Below, in pieces: positions 34,806-44,624 of a stretch of DNA of 64,000 nucleotides (positions within the stretch are counted from its first letter, which is position 1; every line of letters begins with the position of its first letter). The stretch is from positions 806,001-870,000 of the forward strand of contig OZ037838.1 in the NCBI GenBank assembly GCA_964035575.1. Direction: 5' to 3'. The notes under the pieces are model-generated. The model ran no database searches and had not been told where the DNA came from. It saw nothing but the letters and a program-made list of their open reading frames with translations. Position numbers and translations under genes: made by a program. This DNA is from Rhynchopus sp. YZ270_cl-10. Lineage: Eukaryota.

Positions 34806-35897
34806 ATGATGGATGTGACCTTTGTGCTGGAAGAGTCAGGTGTGACTGCGACAGTGGAGGTGCCGTGCGAGGCGGACGTTGCAGCGGCAAAGGAGGTTGC
34901 GTGCACGGCGCTTGCTGTCTCGCCTGCGTCTGTCGAGATGCGCATCGGCACGCAGGTGCTGGAGGGGACGTGCCGTCTGCAGGACACTGCGTTTGATGCA
35001 GGGGTGCAGGTTGTGCTTGCCCGCCGCTTTGCCGACATCCAGTGTCCTGCTGAGTACACTGCCCGTGTAGAAGGATTGTCGCTGTCGCGTTGTGGCACGC
35101 TCTGTGTCTATGTTTGTGATAGGAATGTAGCTGGCTTCGACACAGAAACCTTCGACACTGTCTTCTCGTTCGAAATGTGGACTAAAGTGTACGGTCGGCC
35201 TGCCATCTCGCAGTGCAAGACACGCTGCTACCTGGCGTGTTGGAGTAAAGGCCTTCTCGAGGTTGCGCTTCCGGGTGGGGAGGTGGTCCGCAAAGTCGAC
35301 GACACCTCCAAAGCAGTGTTCGCCTGTGGCGGTGTTGTTGTCTCAAAGAGCACAGACGGCGTCTCTGTGTATGACGAAGACCTGACGTTGCTCCGCTCTC
35401 TCTCGCACGAAAGGTGTTGGGACATGTCAGTGTCTGACTGTGGTGGGTGGGTGATCACCTCCTCCATGAGGGAGAGCAACGTACGTCTGTGGGATGTGAA
35501 CACAGGTGAAGCTGTGGCATGTGTGCCTGCTGATGGGTGGTGTTGCGTGGCGCTTTCACGATCTGCTTCTGTGTTTGCTGTGAGCTGTTTTGGCAACGTG
35601 CAGATCTATGATTGGAGTGGTGCGGCTCTTCGCAGCGTTGGTATGGGTGGGGATGTCAAGTGCATGCAGTTCACCCCGTGTGGGAAGTACTTTGTAGTCT
35701 GGGTAGATGACGATGACACAGAGGACGATTACAGTACACCCCTGCACCAGTATGATGTGGCGACCATGTCCCGTGTGCGTGTGATGTTGCAATGTTCAGG
35801 TGCATTTGCGATATCGCCGTGTTCACGTGTTGTTGTGCTATTGGAAGAAGGTACCGTCATTGTGACGAGACATCTGTACCCACACAACAGTGAGTGA
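34806..35897 (+). CDS. Ubl-WD40-like propeller family, copy 9
   Basis: Family ATG at 34806 within ORF 34746-35897. Confidence 0.9.
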   Translation: MMDVTFVLEESGVTATVEVPCEADVAAAKEVACTALAVSPASVEMRIGTQVLEGTCRLQDTAFDAGVQVVLARRFADIQCPAEYTARVEGLSLSRCGTLCVYVCDRNVAGFDTETFDTVFSFEMWTKVYGRPAISQCKTRCYLACWSKGLLEVALPGGEVVRKVDDTSKAVFACGGVVVSKSTDGVSVYDEDLTLLRSLSHERCWDMSVSDCGGWVITSSMRESNVRLWDVNTGEAVACVPADGWCCVALSRSASVFAVSCFGNVQIYDWSGAALRSVGMGGDVKCMQFTPCGKYFVVWVDDDDTEDDYSTPLHQYDVATMSRVRVMLQCSGAFAISPCSRVVVLLEEGTVIVTRHLYPHNSE

Positions 35898-36269
35898 TGT
35901 GTGACCAGGGGAGGGGAGGGAGAGTGGTGATCAATATACCCCATGGTACCAGCAAAACAACCCAAGACCCTCAAAACACCCCCATTCGTGTTGAGACATC
36001 GGTACCCACACAACAGTGAGCGATGTTTTTCTTTGTAAAGACCCCTTTGCTTTGCGACGTTGCCCTGTGGTGCGGCCTCATGGGGAGGGAATGAGTGTCG
36101 CGTTTGCTTCTTGTTGGGTGGGCATTTGAATGTTTCGGCTTCCCCCACTCCCACCCCGCCACCCCTGATCGTTTCATCGACCTGAACTCTTCCCTCACAC
36201 CCACTTCTTTGACTGTTGTTTTGCCTCTGGGCTTTTCCCTTTACATTCCCACAGCTTACACTACATGCC

Positions 36270-37190
36270 ATGCCTCTTGACGAGACAGGCACTCTCTTGA
36301 AGGAGGTGGAGGAGCACTGTGCGGATGGGTTTCGCCATGTTGCTTGTGGCGCCGCAGGTGTTTGTGGTGCGGGACATGCATTGAAGCGACATAGGCAGCG
36401 TAATGTATTTTCTGCAGCACTGCTGTGCGCCGAGCGTGCTGCGCAGACGCTTGCATGCGTGCACGACACAGACGTCTGCCCTGAGGAACGTGCCACACTG
36501 CGCACCACACGCACCACACTATCAGGACAGATCACAACCATTCGCGTGCTTGCACAACGTGGCATGAGGAAGGACCGTCTGGTTGCAGCAATGCTGCCTC
36601 AGGGGCTGCCAGACGACGCGCCCTACGCTGCACACCTGGCGCATAGTGTGTCACTCAATAGGATTGGGCGACGGAGAGACGCGCTGCGCCTTTTGCAGGC
36701 ACTTCTCCTCCGCATCCGTGGTGAGCGTGCACGCAGCGCCCACCTTGCAACCGTCGCTGCTGCAGCAGGGCTCCCTATACCCCCACCAGACACACAGCTT
36801 GCTCGATACGAGGTGATGGCACAACACAACCTGGGAACGATCCTCCAGACACACAACACTGCGTCTGCACAGCAACACTTTGCCGCTGCCTTGGAAACTG
36901 CGTCGCATATCGGTGATGCCTCGATGGTGGAAGCACTCCGCACGGCAGCAGCCACGTGTGGTGCTAGCAGAACAGCCACGCAACGCAGAGCAAAAGTCGC
37001 CCATGTGGTGGACGAAGCCTGCTCGTACTTCGATGTGTCAGGAGCAGGTAGTGGTGCTGGTGGACCCTTTGCCCCAGCCCCACCCCTACGGCCTGCACCG
37101 CCCGCAACAAAGCAGCTTCTCGCATTCCGAAGGGCCTCCAGCAGGATGGCCACAGCACATAAGCGTGCACCAGTACCGTGCCAGGCTTGA
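36270..37190 (+). CDS. Hypothetical helical protein, possibly TPR-like
   Basis: ORF 36216-37190 with ATG at 36270 after a pyrimidine tract/CAG. AQHNLGTIL..AQQHFAAALE..IGD is TPR-like. Confidence 0.6.
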   Translation: MPLDETGTLLKEVEEHCADGFRHVACGAAGVCGAGHALKRHRQRNVFSAALLCAERAAQTLACVHDTDVCPEERATLRTTRTTLSGQITTIRVLAQRGMRKDRLVAAMLPQGLPDDAPYAAHLAHSVSLNRIGRRRDALRLLQALLLRIRGERARSAHLATVAAAAGLPIPPPDTQLARYEVMAQHNLGTILQTHNTASAQQHFAAALETASHIGDASMVEALRTAAATCGASRTATQRRAKVAHVVDEACSYFDVSGAGSGAGGPFAPAPPLRPAPPATKQLLAFRRASSRMATAHKRAPVPCQA

Positions 37191-38001
37191 GAAATGGGAG
37201 CACCATTTGAAGAGCGAATATGCCAGAAAGAAAATCCGAAAAGAGGGGGGAAAACACTTACACAAATTGGCATAAAGGGAGGGGGAGGAGGGGGGGAGAT
37301 TATGTTTTGGTGTTTCATGAGGCTTAGGTACGTTGTGCTTTCATCCGGGGATGGCATCGTATGTGGGTCAGTCGGAGGTGTGCTTGCATCAACTACAGTT
37401 TTTTTCTTGACGCCATCAATTTTATCTTTTCTTAGACGCCTTGCGAGTTAAGTTAATTCCAAAATGATAGCACCCCTGAAGCCCCCTATTGTTGTATGCT
37501 GCATATTCGAATTGTCTCTCTAAAAAAGGGAGTCTAGGCATTGTGATGCTCTGCTCCCAGGGGCTGTCCACACCGCTTTGCAAACAGAACACCCATCACT
37601 TTATTTATTTTTTAAAACACCCCCAAGAAACCCCTTTTAGCTTTCCCCCCGAATGCGAAGAAGAATGCAAAGAAAACTCTTCGCACGCCATCTATGTCTA
37701 GGGGGATCAGCCGCGGGTCCACCCACGGTGTTCTGGTCACGCACCAAAAGGTACACTGCCAGGGCAAGGCATTGTGTCTCGAGTCACTTCTTTTTACACT
37801 TTCTCTTCTTTTCGCCTGAGCTATTCCACACCACGATCTTTGGCAAACCACAATGACTGCGTGTTTGCCGCAGGGTATCTTCAAATTGCTTGCTTTGTCA
37901 GAGTTTGTTGAAACACGTATTTAACCCACCAACCTTCTTATTTGTCGTTGCGAAGTGACACCACCAAGCATCACATCAAACACAACAGACCCCTTAACAA
38001 T

Positions 38002-39135
38002 ATGATGGATGTGACCTTTGTGCTGGAAGAGTCAGGCGTGACTGCGACAGTGGAGGTGCCGTGCGAGGCGGACGTTGCAGCGGCAAAGGAGGTTGCGTGC
38101 ACGGCGCTTGCTGTCTCGCCTGCGTCTGTCGAGATGCGCATCGGCACGCAGGTGCTGGAGGGGACGTGCCGTCTGCAGGACACTGCGTTTGATGCAGGGG
38201 TGCAGATCGTGCTTGCGTGCCCTCGCTTTGCCGACATCAAGTGTCCTGCTGAGTACGATGTACAGGACATTTTAAAGATGACCGCGAGGTCGTTGAGGCT
38301 GTCGCGTTGTGGAAAGCTCTGCGTCTATAGTAATGGAAGTAGTCATGTTGGCGGCTTCGACACAGAAACCTTCGACACTGTCTTCTCATTTGAAGTGGAC
38401 AATGATGTGTGCGGTCGGCCTGCCATCTCTCGGTGCAAGACACGCTGCTACCTGGCGTGTTTGGACCACGTTCTCGAGGTTGCGCTTCCGGGTGGGGAGG
38501 TGCTCCGCAAAGTCGAGGGCTACTCGTACTCAGTGTTTGCGTGTGGTGGTGTTGTTGTCTCGAAGGGCAGAGACGGGTTCTCTGTGTATGACGAAGACCT
38601 GACGTTGCTCCGCTCTCTCTCGCACGAAGAGTGTTATAACGTGATGGTGTCGGACTGTGGTGGGTGGGTGATCACCTCCTCCACGAGGGAGAAGAACGCA
38701 CGTCTGTGGGATGTGAACACAGGAGAAGCTGTGGCATGTGTGCCTGCGGGTAGGTGGGGTAGAGTGGCGCTTTCACGGTCTGGCTCTGTCTTTGCTGTGG
38801 TGGGGGAGACAAGCAACGTGCACCTCTATGATTGGAGTGGTGCGGCTCTTCGCAGTGTTGATGTGGGTGGGGAAGTTGGGAGCATGCAGTTCACCCTGTG
38901 TGGGAAGTACCTTGTGGTGGGGATACATGTTCCGAAATCTGATACCGAATGCACAGATGCTGAATATTACAATACACCCCTGCACCAGTATGATGTGGCG
39001 ACCATGTCCTGTGTGCGTGTGATACCGCAAAGCTCAGGTGCATTTGCGATATCGCCGTGTTCACGTGTTGTTGTGGTATTGGAATATGATGGAGACATTG
39101 TAACAAAGCATCTGTACCCACACAACAGTGAGTGA
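38002..39135 (+). CDS. Ubl-WD40-like propeller family, copy 10
   Basis: Family ATG at 38002 within ORF 37942-39135. Confidence 0.9.
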   Translation: MMDVTFVLEESGVTATVEVPCEADVAAAKEVACTALAVSPASVEMRIGTQVLEGTCRLQDTAFDAGVQIVLACPRFADIKCPAEYDVQDILKMTARSLRLSRCGKLCVYSNGSSHVGGFDTETFDTVFSFEVDNDVCGRPAISRCKTRCYLACLDHVLEVALPGGEVLRKVEGYSYSVFACGGVVVSKGRDGFSVYDEDLTLLRSLSHEECYNVMVSDCGGWVITSSTREKNARLWDVNTGEAVACVPAGRWGRVALSRSGSVFAVVGETSNVHLYDWSGAALRSVDVGGEVGSMQFTLCGKYLVVGIHVPKSDTECTDAEYYNTPLHQYDVATMSCVRVIPQSSGAFAISPCSRVVVVLEYDGDIVTKHLYPHNSE

Positions 39136-39746
39136 TGTGTGACCAGGGGAGGGGAGGGAGGGTGGTAATAAATATACCCCAGGGTACCAGCAAAACAACC
39201 CAAGACCTTCAAAACCCATTGTTGAGACATCTGTACCCACACAACAGTGAGCGATGTTTTTCTTTGTAAAGACCCCTTTGCTTTGCGACGTTGCCCTGTG
39301 GTGCGGCCTCATGGGGAGGGAATGAGTGTCGCGTTTGCTTCTTGTTGGGTGGGCATTTGAATGTTTCGGCTTCCCCCACTCCCACCCCGCCACCCCTGAT
39401 CGTTTCATCGACCTGAACGCTTCCCTCACACCCACTTTTTGACTGTTGTTTTGCCTCTGGGCTTTTCCCTTTACACATTCCCACAGCTTACACTACATGC
39501 TATGTGGACATATCCTGAATGTTCCGATATTATTCGAAATTATCTCTCCAAAAAAAGAGCACATCACCATGCTACGACCTTAGGGGCTGTCCACACCTGC
39601 TTTTCAAGCACACACACACACACACCGCCCACTTTATGTATTTTCCTCCCCAAAACTTTTCCTCCCAGAATTTCTACACAAAAAAACTGCTTGGTTTCCA
39701 CCAATCTGTCGTTTTTTTTCTCTTTTCTTTTCATCTATACCCCACA

Positions 39747-41045
39747 ATGTCAAACCCCGGAACACCACGTTCAGTGAGGACACCACCTCGAACACCTCTG
39801 AGTGGTGCCTCTGCCGCAATGCGTGTTACAGAGTTGGTGGAGGCAGGGGCGACGGCGAAAGACGCGGAGCGTGTTCTGATGGGGCAGACGGCGCTTGCGG
39901 AGATATGCTTGACACGCGAAGAGGTGGAGGCTGTGGCTGCAGAAGCGTGGCTGGAAGTGGGGAGCGCAGTGACGTGCAGTACGCTGGCTGCGCGCGGACG
40001 AGAGAGGATGGGATTCCACATTGTGGATGTGCGTGAGACGGGTCGTGTACCCGAGGTGCCACTTCGCAGAGAGTATGAGCAGCACCACGACCACGGAGCG
40101 GTGCGTCGTGCCCTCCGCCTAGCACCACGTGAACAGCATACGCGCTTTGAGCATACGCTCCGCATGCTGCACACCCCGCAGCGTGCCCAGCGCTGGCGTG
40201 CGCACCACCGCCACACCCCATCTGCCACCCTCCGCAAGCCGCCCAAGACCCTCTTCTACGTCTCGCTTGCGAACATCCCCCTCACAGCAGCGCGCACCTT
40301 GCTCCTCGCAGAGGGGGTGGCGGCGTGCCCCTTTCTGGGCTTCCTGTCGCTGGCAGGGTGCGGCATTGGGGAAGGGGAGGGGTTCGCGCCACTGTGCGAC
40401 GTGCTTGCGCAGCATAAAAGCATCGCAAGGCTGGATGTGTCTGGGAACAGATTGCGTGCTTCTGGTGCGGAGACGGTGTCGCGTGTGGTGCGTGCCGTGG
40501 CGCTGACGCATCTGGATGTTAGTCTGAATGGAATTGGCGATGTGGGTGTGGGTGCGCTGTGCACAGCTGTGCTAGGGTGTGCAGGGTCGGTGTTGTGTTC
40601 GTTGAACCTATCTTGCAATGCGATTGGTGCGAAGGGGGGGTGGCATTTGTCACGCCTAGTGCGCGACCACGCACCGCTACGCACGCTGCTCTGCTGGAGG
40701 AACAACCTTGCCGTCCGTCCACGCCGTCTGGCGCACTCAGGGGCGCGCTATCTCTTTGAGACCGTGCCCGGTTCAGCCCTGCAGGAGCTCAACCTCGCAC
40801 ACAACAGCATCACGCAGGAGGACGTCTCGCTTCTTCTCGACGCCTTCCGTGCGCACCGTACGCAGCACGGCCACAGCAGCACCGGTCGCTGCCACGTAGT
40901 CCTAAGCGGCGGGAACAGCCTCCCACAAACACAGCTTGCGGAGCTCGCACAGTACTGCACACCGATCGCCCCAGCAGCAGATACAGCGCTTATCAGCAGA
41001 CTGCACGCTGCAGGGACGTTCTGGTGTGAAGAGGAGTGTGGGTAA
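39747..41045 (+). CDS. Ribonuclease-inhibitor-type leucine-rich repeat protein
   Basis: ~28-aa repeats: LSLAGCGIG, LDVSGNRLRASGA, LDVSLNGIGDVGV, LNLSCNAIGAKG, LQELNLAHNSI. Confidence 0.85.
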   Translation: MSNPGTPRSVRTPPRTPLSGASAAMRVTELVEAGATAKDAERVLMGQTALAEICLTREEVEAVAAEAWLEVGSAVTCSTLAARGRERMGFHIVDVRETGRVPEVPLRREYEQHHDHGAVRRALRLAPREQHTRFEHTLRMLHTPQRAQRWRAHHRHTPSATLRKPPKTLFYVSLANIPLTAARTLLLAEGVAACPFLGFLSLAGCGIGEGEGFAPLCDVLAQHKSIARLDVSGNRLRASGAETVSRVVRAVALTHLDVSLNGIGDVGVGALCTAVLGCAGSVLCSLNLSCNAIGAKGGWHLSRLVRDHAPLRTLLCWRNNLAVRPRRLAHSGARYLFETVPGSALQELNLAHNSITQEDVSLLLDAFRAHRTQHGHSSTGRCHVVLSGGNSLPQTQLAELAQYCTPIAPAADTALISRLHAAGTFWCEEECG

Positions 41046-41629
41046 TGGGTAGGGAAGTGCAAAAAGAGGAGCGAGGGAGGGGGAGGGCATTTAGTGGTGT
41101 GTGGAGTCTGGTAGCATGCGGCCGTTCCCATCGGTGTGTGCTGTTTCGCTGAAGCACGGCAAGTGCATTGTGTACTGTGTCGGTATGATGGAGTGACTAT
41201 GTCCTGTGTGTGCTGACGGATGCAGCCGGCTGCTCATTGGCGATATCATATTCACATATGGTGTTTGTGTGTCCCAATGGTAGCGTTGTCACGTTCGTCT
41301 GTTGCACACAAGGAAGAAGAAAAATTCCAGATGCCATTGACGTTTGTTTCTCAAGAGTTTGTGTGTTGTTTTGCTCTTGTGGGTTGCTGTTTAACGGAAA
41401 CACAAATCAGCCGACAAGCGGTTATGTGGGGATCTCCCCCGTTCGCACTACAGTATGGGCCAGCCACGAGGTTTCTTTTCACGTCGCCTGTGTGTTTGCA
41501 GGGTATCTTCACATCGCTTGTTTTGTCAGAGTTTGTTGAAACACGTATTTAACCCACCAACCTTCTTATTTGTCGTTGCGAAGTGACACCACCAACCATC
41601 ACATCAAACACAACAGAGCCCTTAACAAT

Positions 41630-42760
41630 ATGATGGATGTGACCTTTGTGCTGGAAGAGTCAGGCGTGACTGCGACAGTGGAGGTGCCGTGCGAGGCGGA
41701 CGTTGCAGCGGCAAAGGAGGTTGCGTGCACGGCGCTTGCTGTCTCGCCTGCGTCTGTCGAGATGCGCATCGGCACGCAGGTGCTGGAGGGGACGTGCCGT
41801 CTGCAGGACACTGCGTTTGGTGCAAGGGTGCAGGTTGTGCTTGCCCGCCCTCGCTTTGCCGACATCAAGTGTCCTGCTGAGTATAGTGGGTTTGCAGAAT
41901 ACTTATCACTGTCGCGTTGTGGAACGCTCTGCGTTTTTTCGGACTTGACTGGGGAGTTAGGTGGCTTCGACACAGAAACATTCGACACCGTCTTCTCGTT
42001 TGTAATATATAATGGTGTGTGCGGTCCGCCTGCCATCTCGCAGTGCAAGACACGCTGCTACCTGGCGTGTTGGGATTGCCTTGTCGAGGTTGCGCTTCCG
42101 GGTGGGGAGGTGCTCCGCAAAGTCGACGGCTACTCGTACGCAGTGTTCGCGTGTGGCAGTGTTGTTATCTCCCAGGGCACAGGCGGCGTCTCTGTGTATG
42201 ACGAAGACCTGACGTTGCTCCGCTCTCTCTCGCACGAAGGCTGCACCTGTGTGTCGGTGTCGGACTGTGGTGGGTGGGTGATCACCTCCTCCTACAGTGA
42301 GCATAACGCACGTCTGTGGGATGTGAACACAGGTGAAGCTGTGGCATGTGTGCCCGTGTCAGGGGTCAATGTGGCGCTTTCACGGTCTGTCTCGGTCTTT
42401 GCTGTGGCAGGGAACAACACCGTGCACCTCTATGATTGGAGTGGTGCGGCTCTTCGCAGTTTTGATGTGGGTGGGGATATTGAGAGCATGCAGTTCACCC
42501 CGTGTGGGAAGTACCTTGTGGTAATGATGCGTGTTGCGGACTGCATACATGATACAGATGATGAAGAATATGATGGTTACAATGTACACCTGCACCAGTT
42601 CGATGTGGCAACCATGTCCTGTGTGCATGTGATACCGCTAACCTATGGGAAATTTGCGATATCACCATGTTCACGTGTCGTTGTGTTACGGTATGAGGAC
42701 GAAAGCGGTACAACAAGCGGCATTATAACAAGGCATCTGTACCCACACAACAGTGAGTGA
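41630..42760 (+). CDS. Ubl-WD40-like propeller family, copy 11
   Basis: Family ATG at 41630 within ORF 41570-42760. Confidence 0.9.
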   Translation: MMDVTFVLEESGVTATVEVPCEADVAAAKEVACTALAVSPASVEMRIGTQVLEGTCRLQDTAFGARVQVVLARPRFADIKCPAEYSGFAEYLSLSRCGTLCVFSDLTGELGGFDTETFDTVFSFVIYNGVCGPPAISQCKTRCYLACWDCLVEVALPGGEVLRKVDGYSYAVFACGSVVISQGTGGVSVYDEDLTLLRSLSHEGCTCVSVSDCGGWVITSSYSEHNARLWDVNTGEAVACVPVSGVNVALSRSVSVFAVAGNNTVHLYDWSGAALRSFDVGGDIESMQFTPCGKYLVVMMRVADCIHDTDDEEYDGYNVHLHQFDVATMSCVHVIPLTYGKFAISPCSRVVVLRYEDESGTTSGIITRHLYPHNSE

Positions 42761-43268
42761 TGTTTCGCGAGGGGTGGGAGGGTGGTGACTGTATTCTGAC
42801 AGAAGGGGACAGTGCAAGTGTCTGCAGAGGGTATACCATCAACTGCTTAGGCCACACCGTCAATCTAGCTCAAGCGGACGGCTTTTCACACATAACACAC
42901 AAAGACTTCGTTGTTGTGATTCTTTTCATATTGGTATCGTTTCTTGTTGACTCTTTATTTGTGAAGATGTGCGTGCACGAGAGTCATATTCATGTTTCAG
43001 GTTTTATTTGCTTACTTTTCCATGAGGTTACAATCCGTTTAACGGAAACACAAACGGTGACAATCGGTTGTATATCTTCCCCGTTCACACAGTACGGGCG
43101 AGCAATGAGGTTTATTTTCACATCTCCTGTGTGTTTGCAGGGTATCTTCAAATTGCTTGCTTTGTCAGAGTTTGTTGAAACACGTATTTAACCCACCAAC
43201 CTTCTTATTTGTCGTTGCGAAGTGACACCACCAACCATCACATCAAACACAACAGAGCCCTTAACAAT

Positions 43269-44372
43269 ATGATGGATGTGACCTTTGTGCTGGAAGAGTC
43301 AGGCGTGACTGCGACAGTGGAGGTGCCGTGCGAGGCGGACGTTGCAGCGGCAAAGGAGGTTGCGTGCACGGCGCTTGCTGTCTCGCCTGCGTCTGTCGAG
43401 ATGCGCATCGGCACGCAGGTGCTGGAGGGGACGTGCCGTCTGCAGGACACTGCGTTTGATGCAGGGGTGCAGGTTGTGCTTGCCCGCCGCTTTGCTGACA
43501 TCAAGTGTCCTGCTGAGTACAGTATCCAGGGCATTGTTCAAAGTTTCTCACTGTCGCGTTGTGGCACGCTCTGCCTCATCGTGACTGAAGATGTGGGTAT
43601 TGCTGGCGTCGGATTCGATACAGTAACCTTCAACACCGCCTTCTCGTTTAAACCTGTTTGCCTCACAGCACCGCCCATCTCACGGTGCAAGACACGCTGC
43701 TACCTCGCGTCTGGGGGTGATGTACGCATGGTTGCGCTTCCGGGTGGGGAGGTACTTCGCAAAGTTACAGGACGCTCGACAACAGTGTTCGCGTGTGGTG
43801 GTGTTATTCTCTCCCAAGGCACAGACGGCGTCTCTGTGTATGACGAAGACCTGACGTTGCTCCGCTCTCTCTCACACAAGGGGTGCAGTAGGGTGGCAGC
43901 GTCGGACTGTGGTGGGTGGGTGATCAGCTACTCCTGGGTGGAGAAGAAGGCACGTCTGTGGGATGTGAACACAGGTGAAGCTGTGGCATGTGTGGAAAGC
44001 ATGCCTCCCACGGCGTGGGAGGTAAGGCTAGCGCTCTCGCGGCCTGCCTCTGTCTTTGCTGTGGGTTGCTCTCAAGAAGTGCAGCTCTATGACTGGAGTG
44101 GTGTGGCTCTTGGCAGCATTAAAAAGGAGGATTACCATGTCTATGGCGTGCAGTTCACTCCCTGTGGGAAGTATGTCGTCGTTAATTTTACGTGTGCATC
44201 AAGGCGTGAGGACCCTGCACTCCTGCACCAGTACGATATGTCTACCATGTCCTGTGTGCGTGTTATACCAAAATGCTGCGGTGAGTTTGCGATATCACCG
44301 TGTTCGCGTGTGGTTATGTTTGAGTCAGCAGAAAGTGCCTTCCTTGTGACAAGGCATCTGTACCCCTACTGA
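43269..44372 (+). CDS. Ubl-WD40-like propeller family, copy 12 (divergent propeller, ends HLYPY)
   Basis: Family ATG at 43269 within ORF 43209-44372. Confidence 0.9.
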   Translation: MMDVTFVLEESGVTATVEVPCEADVAAAKEVACTALAVSPASVEMRIGTQVLEGTCRLQDTAFDAGVQVVLARRFADIKCPAEYSIQGIVQSFSLSRCGTLCLIVTEDVGIAGVGFDTVTFNTAFSFKPVCLTAPPISRCKTRCYLASGGDVRMVALPGGEVLRKVTGRSTTVFACGGVILSQGTDGVSVYDEDLTLLRSLSHKGCSRVAASDCGGWVISYSWVEKKARLWDVNTGEAVACVESMPPTAWEVRLALSRPASVFAVGCSQEVQLYDWSGVALGSIKKEDYHVYGVQFTPCGKYVVVNFTCASRREDPALLHQYDMSTMSCVRVIPKCCGEFAISPCSRVVMFESAESAFLVTRHLYPY

Positions 44373-44624
44373 GTACTGCGGTGTGTTGCTATCGTGCGTT
44401 GCATCAGTATTTGCGTTGCACCCTCGACCTACTAGCTTGTGAGGAAATATATTGAGACATTTTGTGGATAACGACCACACCACCCTTTACCTCTTTTTCA
44501 CTTGTGCCTTGTTAAAACACTCTTCTGTTGGTGCGAACCACCGACACAATAAAAATATCGCAAACACAAACAACCCACACCTCATCTCCTCCCAACAGAG
44601 GTGGAACAAGAAGAAGACAAAACA

